Source of the DNA: Camelus ferus
Lineage: Eukaryota
NCBI RefSeq assembly: GCF_009834535.1
Contig: NC_045697.1
Coordinates: forward strand, 30,568,001 to 30,632,000
DNA length: 64,000 bases
Direction: 5' to 3'
How positions within the stretch are numbered: the first letter of the stretch is position 1; each line of letters starts with the position of its first letter. Under the pieces are notes generated by a model that made no database searches, was not told where the DNA came from, and saw only the letters and a list, made by a program, of their open reading frames with translations. Of the stretch, positions 1 to 13,819 are shown piece after piece. The translations under genes were made by a program, and so were the position numbers.

Positions 1-1320
1 TTTAGACTGGGAATCTGGAGGGCGGGTTCTGGTTCCGACGCCAGCCAGCGCTAAGGGCCTCCGTCTCCTTGTGCTCACAGGGGTCCCCCACCCCTCCCAG
101 GACGAGGCTGCGGTGAGTCTTTGGTGCCTTATGGGATTCAGTGGGGAAATAGGGCCACTGTTAGCCTACAGTTGACTTTGTTAGGCTACAGCGATTTAAT
201 TACCCGGCCATTTGGTGTGAGAATAGCTCTCCCTTCTGCTGAGTAAAGGAAGGGAACTCCGTGGTGGCCCTCTGGCAGGATTTCCTGGGACTGGTATTTG
301 GAGCGACATCTTTAAGGTAGTGAGGGGCAGATGGAACTGGAGGGAGGAGGACTGATGGGCCGGTGGGTAAAGGTGGAGAGGCAGACAAGCCCATCATGCG
401 TGGATGATGGATGGGGGACAGAAAGGCAAAACCCCAGGGAGGAACCGAAGTGGCCCTGGCTGGAGGGAGGCACGGGGCTTGGGTGTCCCTCTTCTCATTC
501 CCGATGCCCTGTGGTAGCCATCCAATAGCAGTCGCCATATATCCTGTGACAGTTAACTAATAAATTCTGTTTTTCTTTAATTTAGCTGTAAGTTTCAAGT
601 AAATATTGATATTTTCCAAGATATAAAACCAGTCACTCATCACAGTGCATTTCAACAAAACCAAACAGTTTGGTGCCCTAGACTTACAGAGGTTTCTCTA
701 ATTGGATAAAAAGATGAGGTCTGTGCTTTTTCATTTGCCTGATTAATTACTGCTCTGAAACCCTTGAAAACAGACATGGTCTGTGAATGGTATCTGCTAT
801 TTAATCGAGGACAGATGTTTTCAGAAACCTTTTAAATAGGCCTGGAGAGTTACCGACTCTTAAGCGAAGTGAGTCATTGAACTGTATGTTTTAAAAGTGA
901 CTGAAATATGCCAGCAAAAAGCAATTTTTACCAATGTTCAAGTTAGGGTCACTCTCATTGTGGTTTGTCCTAAATCCACCAGCACTAAGAAGCAGCACCA
1001 AGATAATCCCCATCCACCCAGGGGTTGAGGCTAAAAATCTAGCTGTCGCCCACAGCCTTTTCCTACTTGCCCTTCCCTCCCTGTCCCTGCCGCGTCCAAG
1101 TTCTGCTGTCAAGTTCATTCCAAAAGTATCTCCCTGGGGATTTCCTTCTGTCTGTTCCACCACCACTACCTAAGTTAAGGCAGCAGTATCAGTTGGGTCT
1201 GATAGGAAAGTAGATTTACCCTAGATAGTCTGAACAAGGCTCATGGGGGACAACCACTGCTTACAACCCTTGAACGGCTCCTCACTGCCCTTAGGATAAA
1301 GTTCAAACTCCTCATGACGG

Positions 1321-1660
1321 TGCCACAGACGGAAACGTATCCCTCCAAAATTCGTATGTTGAATCCTGATCTCCAATGTGATCATATTGGAGGTGGGGTA
1401 TTTAGGAGATGATTAGGTCACAAGGGTGGAGCCCCCATGGATGGGATTAGTGCCCTTATGAAAGACACCGGGAAGGCTCTTTCACGGGGGGACGATGGCC
1501 ATCCGTGAACCAGGAAGTCTGCTCTCAGCGGACTCCGAATCCCCCAGCTCCTTGACTGGGACTTCCCAGCTTCCAGAACTATGAGACATAAATTGCTGCT
1601 GTCTATAAGCTCCCTGGTCTGTGGCATTCTGTTACAGCAGGTCGAGCTGACTGAGATACA
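1321..1660 (+). mobile_element. MaLR solo LTR (MLT1A-like) inserted in an L2 fragment
   Basis: TGCCACAGACGGAAACG...CCAAAATTCGTATGTTGAA...GACTTCCCAGCTTCCAGAACTATGAGA...GTTACAGCAG...CTGAGATACA. An L2-like tract (ccttaggataaagttcaaactcct) lies just upstream. Confidence 0.8.
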
Positions 1661-1884
1661 CAGTGTACAGTGAGCCACGTTTTTATCTGCTGCCCTCACC
1701 CATTGCACTCAATGCAGTTTTGAGACCATGAAATGCTCTCTCTCATACCAGCCTTGGTCCCTGCTGTCCTTTGCCTGTGATACTCTTTGATTCCAGGTGC
1801 CCTATTCTCCATGCCTTTTTTTTTTTTTAAGACTATTCAGGGTTATTCTCTCAATTTTTAAAAGAGCTTTTTGGTAGACTTCTT

Positions 1885-2815
1885 TTTTTTTTTTAAAGCG
1901 GTTTTAGTTTTATAGAAAAATTGAGCAGGAAGTACAAAGGATTCTCATATATATGTTTCCTTTCCACCCCCCCCTACAGTTTCACCTATTAGTAACATCT
2001 TATATTAATGTGGTACCTTTGTTACCACTGATTAACCAAATATGATACCTTATTATTAACTGAAGTCCATCATTTACAGCAGGGTTCACCTTGTTGTTGT
2101 ATATAGTTTTATGGTTCTGACAAATGCAATGTGCCATGTATCTACCATCACAGCATCATACAGATACTGTTTGCTCTCACTCCCCTAAACATCCCCTATG
2201 CTCTGCCTTTTCATCCCTTCCTCTCTTCCCCGACCCCTGGCAACCACTGAACCTTCTGCTGTCTCCAGAATATCATACAGTTGGAATCATGCAGCCTCCC
2301 GCCTTTTCAGCTTGGCTTCTTTGACTTAGCAGTATGCATTTAAAGTGTCTTCATGAGGGTTCATGGCTTGCTATCTCATTTCTATTTATTGTTGATAATA
2401 TTGTCAACAGTTTGTTTATTCATTCACATATTGAAGGACATCTTGGTTGCTTCCACATTTGGGCAGTTATGGAAAAAGCTGCTATAAACATCTGTGTGCA
2501 AATTTTTATGTTTATGTGAGTTTTTAACTTACTTGGATAAACACCAAGGAATGTAATTGCTGGATGTAGGTTAAGACTATGTTTAGCTTTGTAAGAGACT
2601 TCCAAACTGTCTTCCAAAGTAGCAGTACCATTCTACATCACCCCTCACACTGTATGAAAATTACTGTTGCCTCACATCCTCACTAGCATTTGGTGCTGTC
2701 AGTGCTTTGGCCTTAAGTCATTAAGTAAGTACATAGTGGTATCTCATTATTGTTTTAAGTTGCATTTCCTTAATGACATGTGTTGTTGAGCCTCTTTTCA
2801 TATACTTATTGCCAT
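1885..2815 (-). mobile_element. LINE-1 3' fragment (L1MC-like)
   Basis: A poly-T tract is followed by antisense L1 3'UTR/ORF2-end sequence. The reverse ORF fragment ...CTQMFIAAFSITAQMWKQPRCPS matches the L1 ORF2 C-terminus. Confidence 0.85.
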
Positions 2816-2877
2816 TTCTGCTCATTTGAACTATCAGCTTAGTTGATACTTTCTGCAGGAAGGTTACTCACCCACAT

Positions 2878-3330
2878 TGTATCAGATAGCCTTTGCTGTG
2901 TAACAAGTCACTCCAGAATCCAGTAGCTTAAAACAACAATCATGCATCTGTGTGTCATATGGAGTTGAGCTGACTTAGGCTGGGTTGGACTGGGTGGTTG
3001 TGCTTCAGGCTGCAGTGGCTGGGCTGCTCTGCTTCTCACTGTAGTCTTGTGCATCTGCTGGGGTGGCTCAGTCCTCATGTCTCACACCTTCTATGGACCA
3101 GTGGTGTGGCCAGTGTATGTTTTCATGGCAAAGGCAGAGGCACAAGAAGATGCGTGGAAAAATGTGAAATTTCTCAGAGCCTAGGCTCACTAGCACACAC
3201 TTGCAGTTAACCAAAGTCCAAAATCACATGGCCAAGCTCAAAGTCAAAAGACAGGATGAGGCCTTAGCAAGGGTGTGGATGCGTGCATGCACGCAGGAGT
3301 AAAGAACTGGGGCCAAGAAGTCAACCTGCC
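2878..3330 (-). mobile_element. Old MaLR LTR (MLT1 family)
   Basis: tgtatcagatagcctttgctgtgtaacaa...agcttaaaacaaca and aatcacatggccaagctcaaagtcaa are typical of antisense MLT1 LTRs. Confidence 0.6.
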
Positions 3331-4399
3331 ACTGTCTGCCCCTTTGGTCACAAAAATAACTGAAATAAATACTTCCATTTAACACACTCCTATTTCTTCC
3401 CACATGACACAGCCCATAGCAAGTCACGTGGTCAAGCTCATAGTCAAATGACACCATGATGAAGCCATGGCAAGGGAGACATAAAGAAGTGGGGTCAAAA
3501 CTACCCCCATGAAAATGGAAATGGAAGAATGGTAGCCCTTCATGTCCATCACCTGCTTTGACCACTCCTGGAAGGGCATATTGTCTTTAAAGAAATCTTT
3601 GCATCTGTGCAAATTTCTCGGAATGCTTCTGGCCTGGGAAAAGTTGGGGGCTCAGACATTTTTTTTCACATTTCAAACAGTCAAGTCCATTTTAGTCAAG
3701 GTTAGGAATACCTTTGCCAATGATTCTCTCAAAATTTTTCTCAGTTTTACAAATAAACGGAAACAAACAACAAACAAAATAAGTGGCAAGAAAGCACATT
3801 TTTTGTCGTAGAAAGGTGAGATAAAGGAATGAATTTTCTTAAATGAATAAATAAAAGAAGAAGACCAACTAAAATTTTATCCCATACATATTTCCATAGG
3901 CATAGTTTTAGGGATTTAAGTAATTCAAGATTGTACTAAAAGATACAGTTAATAAAATAATTTATAACAGGTATTATCTTGGTAGTAGTATATTGAAATG
4001 GATATTTTAACTTCCCTGAATCTAAGTAGGTCAGAATAAACAAGGTGTTCTTCAGTGAAAATGTTTGTGCAATTAGTATAATTTGTGTAATTAGTGGTTA
4101 ACATGTAAGTCCTAAGAAAGTCTGTTTAGAAGATGTCACAACCACTGAGAAAGTGAATGACTAATGTCTGGGTACAGACTTTATGCAAAAATGATGGTTT
4201 CTAATTCTTTGCATTTAAGAAAATTACAATAGAGTTTAATTGGGTTTTCAATTGACAGAACTTTTAAATTTAGCTTTGATAAATGGTTACTCTGTGATTT
4301 TAGCGTTTACTTCAGAAGACGTTCAAAGAATTGAATGACATGGCTCTGACCAAATTCCTTCCATTCTCATTAACTTCATTTAAGGGCACAATTTCTCAG

Positions 4400-4442
4400 C
4401 ATATATATATATATATATATGTACACACACACATACACATAC
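4400..4442. repeat. (AT)n(AC)n microsatellite
   Basis: catatatatatatatatatatgtacacacacacatacacat. Confidence 0.9.
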
Positions 4443-4684
4443 TATAAACAAACAAGAAAATAAAATGAATAAAATTGAGGAAAAACCTGTATGAGTTTTT
4501 TTAATGTGTTTTTTTTGTGGTCCACCAATGTGTCGGAATCATTTGGGACATGCCTCTCTGTATCTCCGTCTGTCTGTCTTTCTCCATATTTGCTGTTAAT
4601 CTGGGCATATCAGGTTGCTTGTGGGGCCGTGCATAAGTTTTCCAGGAACCTGGCCGTCCAGCCAAAAGGATCTCCTCCTAGCCC

Positions 4685-4855
4685 AGGGCTACTCCAAGGG
4701 GCAGTATCAGCATCACTTGGAACCTGGTCCAAACACAAGTTCTTAAGCTCCTCCCCACAACCATTGACTCAGAATCTCTAGGGCTGGTGCCCCAGTGTCT
4801 GTGTTAACAAGCCTTCCAGGTGACTCTGGAGCAGACTAAAGCTTGAGCGCACTCT
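4685..4855 (+). mobile_element. MER5A-like hAT-Charlie element
   Basis: gcagtatcagcatcacttggaa...tcagaatctctaggg...ttaacaagccttccaggtgactct. Confidence 0.7.
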
Positions 4856-5409
4856 CCTGGATGGCACCTTATTTCTTTTAGAGTTTGGTCATGACCCTGA
4901 GGACCTGGCTTAACTGGCAGTGCCCAGGACTGGTCCTTGTTTCCAAGGTGTATCTTGGTGACCACAGCCTTGACTTGATCTTTGTCTCCAGGCTGTGCGG
5001 TATTTGAGAATCTTTAACTGGCTGGGAAGTCTGGCAATGAAAGAGTCTTATTTTCCAACCCAGCTAGTTCTGCGCTCTCTGTGAGCCCTCTAAATTCTGC
5101 TTGCGATCTGACTACTTCTCTGAGTGGCACCATATCATGTGCGGCTGAAAGCGACCAGCTGCTGGTTGTCATTGTTGGCCTGGCCGTCATTTTGCCCAAG
5201 TCTCAGGGTCATTAGATGCATTTTCTATCTTCTACATTAACTCAGGTGACAGTTTTACCAGATGTTTTATCATCGCATAGTATAGGTCACTCTTTCCTAG
5301 TCTTGATAACAGTGTCTTTGCTATTTTTTCAGCCTCTATCTGCCTTCTAAGCCCAAAGCTAAGACCATACATTTTAGGACTTTATTGAGGCACCAGTTTC
5401 TGCAAGGGT

Positions 5410-5790
5410 TTGATATTGTTCCATAACAAACCACTCCAAAACTTAGTGCTTAAAATAATAATTATTTATTATTGCTCACCTGTCCATGGGCTGGCTGGGA
5501 TTCAGCTGATAGGCATGGCTCTGCTCCAGGTGTCTCACGTCTTCCTTGGACCAGTGGGTGAGCCCCAGTCCATTCTTCTCATCAAAATGGTAGATGGCCA
5601 AGAAGGCAAGTGGGAATATGTGACACTTCTTAAATCCTACGCTCAGAACTAGCATACTGTCACTCTGCCCATGTGTTGCTGGCTAAAGCAAGTCACGTGG
5701 TCAAGCCTGAAGCCAAGGGACACCCATGATGAAAACATGACAAGAGTATGGATACAGGGAGGGGTAAAGAATTGAGAATAATACTTCAGT
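5410..5790 (-). mobile_element. Old MaLR LTR (MLT1 family)
   Basis: ataacaaaccactccaaaacttagtgcttaaa ... ggctaaagcaagtcacgtggtcaagcc. Confidence 0.6.
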
Positions 5791-5879
5791 CTGGCATCGC
5801 CTCCTGCATAAAAATAGGAATCTCTCCTATATGTTACCAAAACTCTTAAAATTTTCCTTCTAGAGCATTTGTGTCGCTG

Positions 5880-6012
5880 TTTTTCACTTCTTCCTCTCAC
5901 CTATTAAACTGAATTCCAGAAGAGTGAGGGCTACGTCATCATTGTGCCTCCAGAGCCCAGACAGTGCCTGGCACAAAGTAGATGCTCAATAAATGCTTGT
6001 GGAACAAGCGAA
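5880..6012 (+). mobile_element. LINE-2 3' end
   Basis: acagtgcctggcacaaagtagatgctcaataaatgcttgtggaa, the canonical L2 tail. Confidence 0.8.
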
Positions 6013-8199
6013 GGACCAGACGCAGGAGTGAGGGCTTTCCTGAAGGGCCGCTTGCCAAGTTAGATCTACAGAGACTACGAATTCAGTTCTGACTTGGAAT
6101 GTCGTCTAGACATTTAATTTGAACCTTCAAGATTTTCACTGGTATGTCTTCTTAGGAAAATAAAACTTACCTTTACATTTGAAATTCATAGAAGCAAAGT
6201 GATGCTTAGCGTTTGGAAGACACCATAAACAGAAAAAGAGTAATAAAAGGAAAAAAAAAAAGAAAAGGAACCAAAGGGAAACCGTTGAAAGGGGAGAACG
6301 GGTGAAATCCCTGTGTGGGTTTTCATGCTACTTTCTCCCTTTTCCTCAGACGTTTTCTTTCCAAAAGGATGAGTGAGGGAGTCCTAAGTAGCAGTCCGCG
6401 GGGGCCCAGCCTGTCGCTGCCTGTGTTTTGTAATCTGAGCCCAGAATCAGTCGGGGAGGGGATAGTGCTGGAGTAAAAGCTGCTTGTGAAGCCCTGCTGG
6501 CGGACTGTGTGACGACCTCGGCGGGCCACATGGTTCAGTCTGACGTCTGCCGGACCTGCCGCACCGCCCGCCCTTCCGCCGTGCTCACAGCCTGGCTGCC
6601 ACTGCCTGCAACAGTGGCACTATTTCTCCCCTTCACAACCTACTCTTCTCTGTTCTGCTCTTCCGGAATTTCATTGTTACAAACACGTTGCAGCGCTTGG
6701 GGCTGAAAGGAGAGAGAAATATTTAAATTCCACCAGACTCTAAGGTCGGTGCCAATCGAATGACTCCCTCTGTCTGGACAGCCTAGGTCTCTGCTTCTCA
6801 GTACAAGCCCTTCACGTTGGTTGAGTCCCATGATTTTGCTTGTGCTGGGCCTGGCCTTTCCTCCCAGGCTCAGCAGAAGTCACCCCATCCAGCCTTCACA
6901 TGGGGAGCACCACGCAGGACACGGGCCACTGGGTGGTGCTGACGTGGATTCAGAGGCCTGCTGTGCTCCCTACTGGCTGTGTCTCTCGAGGGGAGTTATT
7001 TAACCTCTCTGAGCGCATTTTTTCATTTGTAAATGGGAACAGCAGAGGACCGTTGTGGGCGCGAGTCGTCACATCACATACAGCAGAGAAAGTGCTCGGC
7101 ACACAACTTTCTGAAAAAGAGACTCACCCCGGGGCTTTCCCTTCTCCTTGCTCACACCTCTCGGGCAGAATTTGCCGCCTTGTGTGGTCTTCGTAATTCC
7201 ACGGGTTTACTCTTGCCTATCGCTTCAGATTAAATTTCCTTATGAGCACGAAGCTTTGATTGTATTCTTTTGAGCCCTTTATAGTACTTGGTGTTGATTG
7301 GCTATATAATGCGACAAGACTAAATCTCTGTCTTAAAAAACCAACCTATTTTAACTGTTGTAAATCGTGTTCTGTTTTGTGTAAAGTTTCCGAGTGTTTG
7401 AGGATACAGAATAGAGTTTCAGAGATCTCTTTATGAATGTTTCACATTGACATGTGACTTCTGGGTTAAGAAAAACATTTAAGGAGCCTGGGTTTCTGAC
7501 ACTTAGAGTTTGTTTATTTGACACATTTTTGTGTATGCCAGGCTGGCTGTTCCCGGCTCTGAAACTGATGAACAAGACAGGAAAAAAAAAAAATCAAGCA
7601 AACAGGCAAAACCCACTCCGCCTGCAAGGAGCTTATATTCTAGTAGTTTATAGTACTAAAATATGGCATAATATTTCTTGGAATTTTTTTTTTAACTCAC
7701 TGCCTTTGAAGACTGCTTTTTGTGTATCTTCTAAATTACTCTCTTTCAAACAAAATACTAGGAGCTGTGAAAAATTATTACAAAGGTTTACTTATTTATT
7801 TGTCAGCTATTGTTCTTCACATTTAAATACATTAACTTATTAATTCTCATGATAACATGAGAAGGTGGGTACTATTTATTATGCCCATCTTAGAGATTAC
7901 AAAAGTGAGGCATGGGGAGGGTCAGTAAGTGCCAGATTTACATCCAGAGGTGATGAGCAGAGATCTTAGCTGCAGTGTCATCCTGAACTTTTACTGAAAA
8001 GAAAGTACAGCAGGTTTTGAGTTTCCTAAGGAAAAGACCTCAAAGCTAGATTTATTTGACCAGAGAACCTCTTCTCTTTGTATCGTATTCCTGTCTCTTC
8101 AAAGGCAGTAATGGGGAAGTTGGTCTGGGATGGAGATGATAACAAAGGGGGAGGTGAACACAGGACGCGAGGAAGGGAAGAGGTGTAAGAAACCCGGGA

Positions 8200-8840
8200 G
8201 TGTGCTGTGGTGCAGTCACTGTGGAGAACGATACGATGGTTCCTCAAAAAGTTAAACATGGAATTGCCATACGATCCAGCAATTCTCGATCTACACCCCA
8301 AAAAACTGAAAGCAGGGACTTGAACAGATACTTGTACGCTCATGTTCATAGCAGCATTATTCACAACAGCCAAAAGGTGGGAACAACCCGAATGTCTATT
8401 GGTGAACAAAATATGTTACATACATGAAATGGAATATTATTCAGCCAAAAAAAGTAATTCTGATACACGCAACAACATAGATGAACCTTGAAGACATTAC
8501 GCTAAGTGAAACAAGCCAGTGACAAAAAGACAAACATTGTATGATTCCACGTATATGGTGTAATTAGAGTAGTCAGATTCAAAGGGACAGAAAGGAGAAT
8601 GGTGATTGCCAGGGGCTGGGGGTGGGGAGAAAGGAGACTTATTTAATGGGGACAGAGTTTCAGCTGGGGAAGATGAAAAGAGTTCTCGATGCTGAAAGAG
8701 TTCTGGACGGATGGAGGTGGTGGTTGTACAACAACATGAATGTACTTAAAGCCACAGACGTGCACACTTAAAAATGGCTAAAATGGTAAATTATGTGCTG
8801 TGTGTATTTTGCCACAATTAACAACAACAAAAAAGAAAAG
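8200..8840 (+). mobile_element. LINE-1 3' fragment (L1MB-like)
   Basis: ORF2 end (gttcatagcagcattattcacaacagccaaaaggtgg), 3'UTR (gggacagagtttcagctggggaagatgaaaa) and an A-rich tail at ~8820-8840. Confidence 0.88.
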
Positions 8841-9734
8841 TCTGGAGAAGGGGTCTGGGAAGCGTGCCCTTTAGACCCAGGGTTTTCAGGAGTCACAGTT
8901 TGCCCTCTTCTTTCCTTGAACTCAGGTTGCTCAGAGGGCAGGTACCAACCTGGGGTCACACCTGAGAAGATTCAGTTCAAGCCCTCGTGGTTGGTGTCAA
9001 ACTCGATTTGAAGAACTTCTTTGCCTCAGATGCTCATGCACAAGCAGGAACGGCTCTCCTGTCCCCGCGGCTTTCAGTGCAGTTGGAAGCAGTTCAGGAC
9101 CTGCAGACCCCATGCTCCACGGGGAGCCAAGGGGGCTGGGGCGGGAGCGGGGTGCGAAGCTCTTCCTCCAAGGCAGTGACCTTTCCCTGCAGAAGTGGGG
9201 AGAGGCTCGCTCCTGCCCAGATGTACTCAGGACCCTGCTTGGGATCAGGCCTGTCAGCCAGAAAGCCAGCAGGTGTGCGGAGGGAGGAAGCCAGGCTTCT
9301 GGGAAAGGTTGCGCCCTCACCCCCCCTCCCCAGGGGCTGCACATGGTGTGGTGCACCACACCACAGCTTCAAAGCTTGTCAGGGTTTAAGTCTCCTCAGT
9401 TTTCCCTCAAGATAAGTTGGGCTTTGTGGGGCTGAGCACGAGGGTGCGCTTGGGATGAACCAACCTCTTGGAAGATGCCCGAGGGGCTGGATTTGGATCT
9501 ACTGCTTGGCCCCCAGAAAAGGGGGGCTTCACCTGGGCTGCATCTGAGAATATTGGAGCACAGCCTCTGCTTGTGTGGGCGCCAAGTTCTAGACTTTTTC
9601 CTTTAGAACTCTCTAGAACTGGAGAGAGTTCTTGACAACAGATTGACATACTGGAAGAGTGAAAGATATGCTGTGGAAGCAGCTTGCCCCAGGTTGATGC
9701 ATATTTTATTTAACCAACACTTCCCCTGCAGCCC

Positions 9735-9910
9735 CCAAGTGCTTTACAAAGAGTAACTTTTATAGCCGTCCTAACAGCCTTATGAAGTATCTGTCCCATT
9801 GTACAGATGACAAAGCTGAGGCACAGAGAGGTTAAGTAACTTGCTGAAGGTGACCCAGCTTGTAAGAGGTGGCACCAGGTAACCTAGGGTCAAATTTTTT
9901 CTCCTAACCA
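9735..9910 (-). mobile_element. MIR SINE
   Basis: MIR core cccattgtacagatgacaaagctgaggcacagagaggttaagtaacttgc. Confidence 0.75.
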
Positions 9911-10569
9911 CCATTTGGAGGGAAGACTTGAAGAGTCCAGTACAAGTCCTACTGTGGCTCTGTCTTTAAGAGCTGCAACTTCTGGTGCCATCTGACACAT
10001 CCCCTGAGCTTTACAAAAGCAGCCACAGCTTCAGCACTGAAGGCTTAATTTTCTGAGGCTCAACTTCTGAGTCCTTCCTTCTGAGAAAAATGGAGACAGC
10101 ACATTCTAATTTGGTCAGCAGCTTGGAACGGGTGGATTGCTCTGCAGGAATGAATGGGGTGGAGGCTAGCACCAGCCTGGAACACCAGGCCCCAGTGGCA
10201 AATGCATGATTTGTGCTTATTAAAGAGACTGACTGCACAAAGGGATTCCTCGATTTCTTGCAGGAGCCAAATGATATGATAAGCAGAACAAAGTTTTGGA
10301 GACAGAAGCCCAGCTGTGTGACCTTGAGTAAGTCCCCATCTCTCTTTAAGTCTAGTTCTCTTGTTACAGAACAGAGCCAATAATACCGTCTCACAGGGTG
10401 CCTACACAGACTGAGTAAGCTAGTATAGGGCTGATCTGATGATCCGATAGTCAACTGTGAGAAGTGACATTCCAAGAGGGTGCGCCACAAGAAGACTGGG
10501 GATCTGGAGGTGTGCTCTGGAATGGGAACATCCCTAGCTGGGAGGCGCGGCGGAATGAAAGATGGGGGC

Positions 10570-10750
10570 TTTAGGAGCCAGCCACTTCTGGGATCAACTC
10601 CTGGCTCTGTCACTTGCTACCTCTGTGACCTTGGAAAAAAATATCTAAACTCTCTAAATTCAGTTTCATCAATAAAATTGGCATGTTAATACACATCTCT
10701 CAGGGCTATCAAATTTTATGAAATAATGAATGTAGAGGTTGTGAAAAATG
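10570..10750 (+). mobile_element. MIR SINE
   Basis: ctgggatcaactcctggctctgtcacttgctacctctgtgaccttgg. Confidence 0.7.
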
Positions 10751-12519
10751 CCAGTTTTCTCCAACCTTCTAGTCCATAGCTTCATCTGTTAAATAGCAGT
10801 AAGAATATCCATCTCTGAGTGTCTATGGCAGAAAAGCACTCCTCCCAGCGTCCATCGTACCTATTGTGGCTGTTATTTGTTGAATGACTTATAATTGCAG
10901 GAGGAGGGAGGAGAATCACGGACGGTGACAGGAGCTCATCGGAGGCTGCTCTAGTCGACTAGCTCTGGGGGCATTTTCCCCATTTCCCTCTTGTCCAAGT
11001 CATTCCTCTGTGTCGTTGGCACATGCTGAGTCTTTGTACTGGGACTTGGAGGCCTAGGTCTTGAGGAGGACAAAGCCGAGGATGCCTCTCTCTCCTTCTC
11101 CCCTGTCTTTCCCTCTGTAAACTCACTTCTTGACAATATCTTTCAGTTTTGACCCCAAAGAGGGGGCACTTCTGTTCCAATAATACAAGGATGTCTGGTG
11201 GGTCCACGAATGGGCTTCAGATGAGGTGTGTGGCCCCTGATACTGCTTCACATTTCTCCAGCTAGAGAAGCCTGGGCATTCATGAGTCTCCTCCAGCCCC
11301 TCTCCTGCAAAGCTTAGGAAGCACAGTTCTGAGGGAAGATGGATGCAGAAATGCTACCCCATTTGGGACCTAAACACTATTTATTTCTGCAAAAGGCTGG
11401 GAGGCCGATTTCATTGGAACTTTTCCCACTCTCTTTAACACAGAAGTTGTAGCAGTAAAAAAAGGTCAAAATCTTTTGTGCAGTTTCTTTCCCTCAAGTA
11501 TTTATTTTTACTCTCATGGGAGGAAGTCCTGTGTCTTGAGCCCAACAGACCCCCGTCTCTGGACCTGCCCACAGACCAGGTAAACTTGCCTTTTCTAGGA
11601 GATCTTTGTCCTTGAAACCCTTAACTCCGTGATGAATGTTGTCATTAAAAGTCCGCAGCTGAGCAGAAGCCCTCCTGGACTCAGAGTTATTGAGTCTTTC
11701 TGCCTCTGTGAGATGGTTACTGGGTAGGGGGCTCTGAGTGACCTTGTGAACTTTCCTTACCACCCAAAACAGCCTTGCCCAACGCACCTGACCCCCAGAG
11801 GCCAGAACTGTAGCTGTATCATTTAAAGAAATTTCTTCTTATTCAACTTCTAGAGGGTCCTCGCTTGTGGCTTTTGGAAGCCATTTGGCCCAAAACAAGC
11901 ACCGCAGAATGACTGGCTCTCTTTGGCATTTGTTCACCATAAATCCAGCCCAGCTTAGGTGAATCTCAGCTTGGGCTGGAAAGAGAATTTGCTTAGTTAT
12001 GCTGGGTTATAGGCACTAAATTGAGCCATATTGTTCCTTTTCTTTGGTGATAGAAACAAGCCCACGGACTGCTCAGCTTTTGTCAGTGACTGTAATCGGT
12101 CAAGTCTGCTTGCTGAGCCATAACTCAGAAGGAAAAAGTCTGATAACTCAGTCTGAGCTTCACCTTTCATGAGCCATCAGTTCATACATCACCCATGACA
12201 TGAAAAAGGCCTCATTCCCACAGAGTTAGCCCCAGAAGGCTTTTCCTGGTGTTAAGTTCTTAAAAATAGCATTTGGGCTTAGGACATCATTCTCCAAAAT
12301 TTTACACAAGTGCCCATGATTCTACTAAATCAGCCCTGCAGGATAATTCCTCAGGGCTCCTTCTGTTTATTTAGGCCAGAGTGAGCATTCAGGAAAGTAA
12401 TATTTTGCAGGTCAATACTTTATTGCCTGATCCAGGCTACAATATGTACTACACCTTGAACATGGGTCAACAGGGGCTCTGAGGGTAGAGGTTTGCCTGC
12501 TTGTCGTTGAGAACATCAA

Positions 12520-12810
12520 TCATTGACCACGTATTTACTGAACATCTGCCCTGTGCCAGGCACGGTATCAGACACAGGGGCCAAGGCAGGGATGAGGGTG
12601 GGCAGGCTCTTGGTCTTCTGAAGCTTGTATTTTATGGAGAGGCTCGACCAAGTAAACCAAATCATTGTAGACAGGCAGTAGGACTATGAAGGAAGCAACG
12701 AGGGTGAGGCGATAAGGCACAATGAAGACGGGGAGGGTCACGGAAGGTGCCTCTGCCGCAAGACATTTCAGCTGACCCTGAAGGATGAGAAGGGGCCAGC
12801 TGGGCCAGAG
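12520..12810 (-). mobile_element. LINE-2 fragment
   Basis: gtatttactgaacatctgccctgtgccaggcac ... gacatttcagctgaccctgaaggatgagaagg. Confidence 0.7.
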
Positions 12811-13819
12811 GAGAGAAGTGAGCCAGCAAGGGACCCTTTCCTCATCTTAATATTGCTGGATAATGACCACTCATGGCTTCTTCATCCACCAGATGATTAG
12901 AAACCCGAACTTTTGTCTCACTTAGAATACGGCTTGAGACTAGCTAGTTGTGATGTTGGGAGATTCAAAGAATTATCCTGAGTAGTTGAGCCATTGTAGA
13001 GAAGAATCCCCTTTTCTGCAGACCCCCTGCTGGAACCTGGGGGGTGTTCTGCCTGCGGGAAGGGTGAACCTAGATCACCCCTGCCTGGTTCACTGCAGCC
13101 CAGGGAGGACACCAAGAACGAGCCTTGTTGATCCACAGGCTCCCGGTGGAGAAATTACCTCCTGGTTGTAAATTAGTCACCAGGGGGGAGTGGACTTTCC
13201 TTCCAGAGGTCAGGCGTGCTGTTTAGTACCGAGATTCCTAACTTCCGGAAAACTGGGGCGTCCTGATGTCATTTGTTAGAGTTCATGATTACCTCATCCT
13301 CTGAAAGTGCTGTGAGGCTTGTGCTTGTGTTAAACATTTAACTGGATATAAAATTCATTTCACTTCGAGGCGTTTTGAGAAATTGATGAAACCCCAGGTG
13401 TTGCAAAACCATTTCTAAGACTTGAATAGTACAATGATCTGTTCGAGACCCTAACAGCCAGAAAGAATAATTAGTTTCCTAAGGTGCTTACGTAGCTCAG
13501 GACGGGAGGCAATGTCACCATCTGAAACAAGGGAAACTCTGAAGAAAAAAACAGTGGTAGGCTTGCATTTGGATAAAATGTTTGGGTAGAACGGTGGGCT
13601 ATTTGCCTTACCTTTGAGAAGTACAGAGAGTTCCCGGGTTTACCCACACCACGCAGGCACGATTCCCAGAGCTGCTGCTCTCCGCCGATGGCAGTGGTGA
13701 CGCGGGGCCCCCATTTCTCCTTCGTGGATCTAGAGGTGCTGAGATTTCCTGTCCCACTCCTTTGTGAAGCCTGCCACATTTCCTGGGAGATGCTCAGTGA
13801 AATTTTTTCACTTATTCAC

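Noticed and set aside
10011..10613. 200-aa minus-strand ORF
   Set aside because: It begins in and crosses MIR fragments and has no recognisable domain or exon structure; probably a chance ORF.
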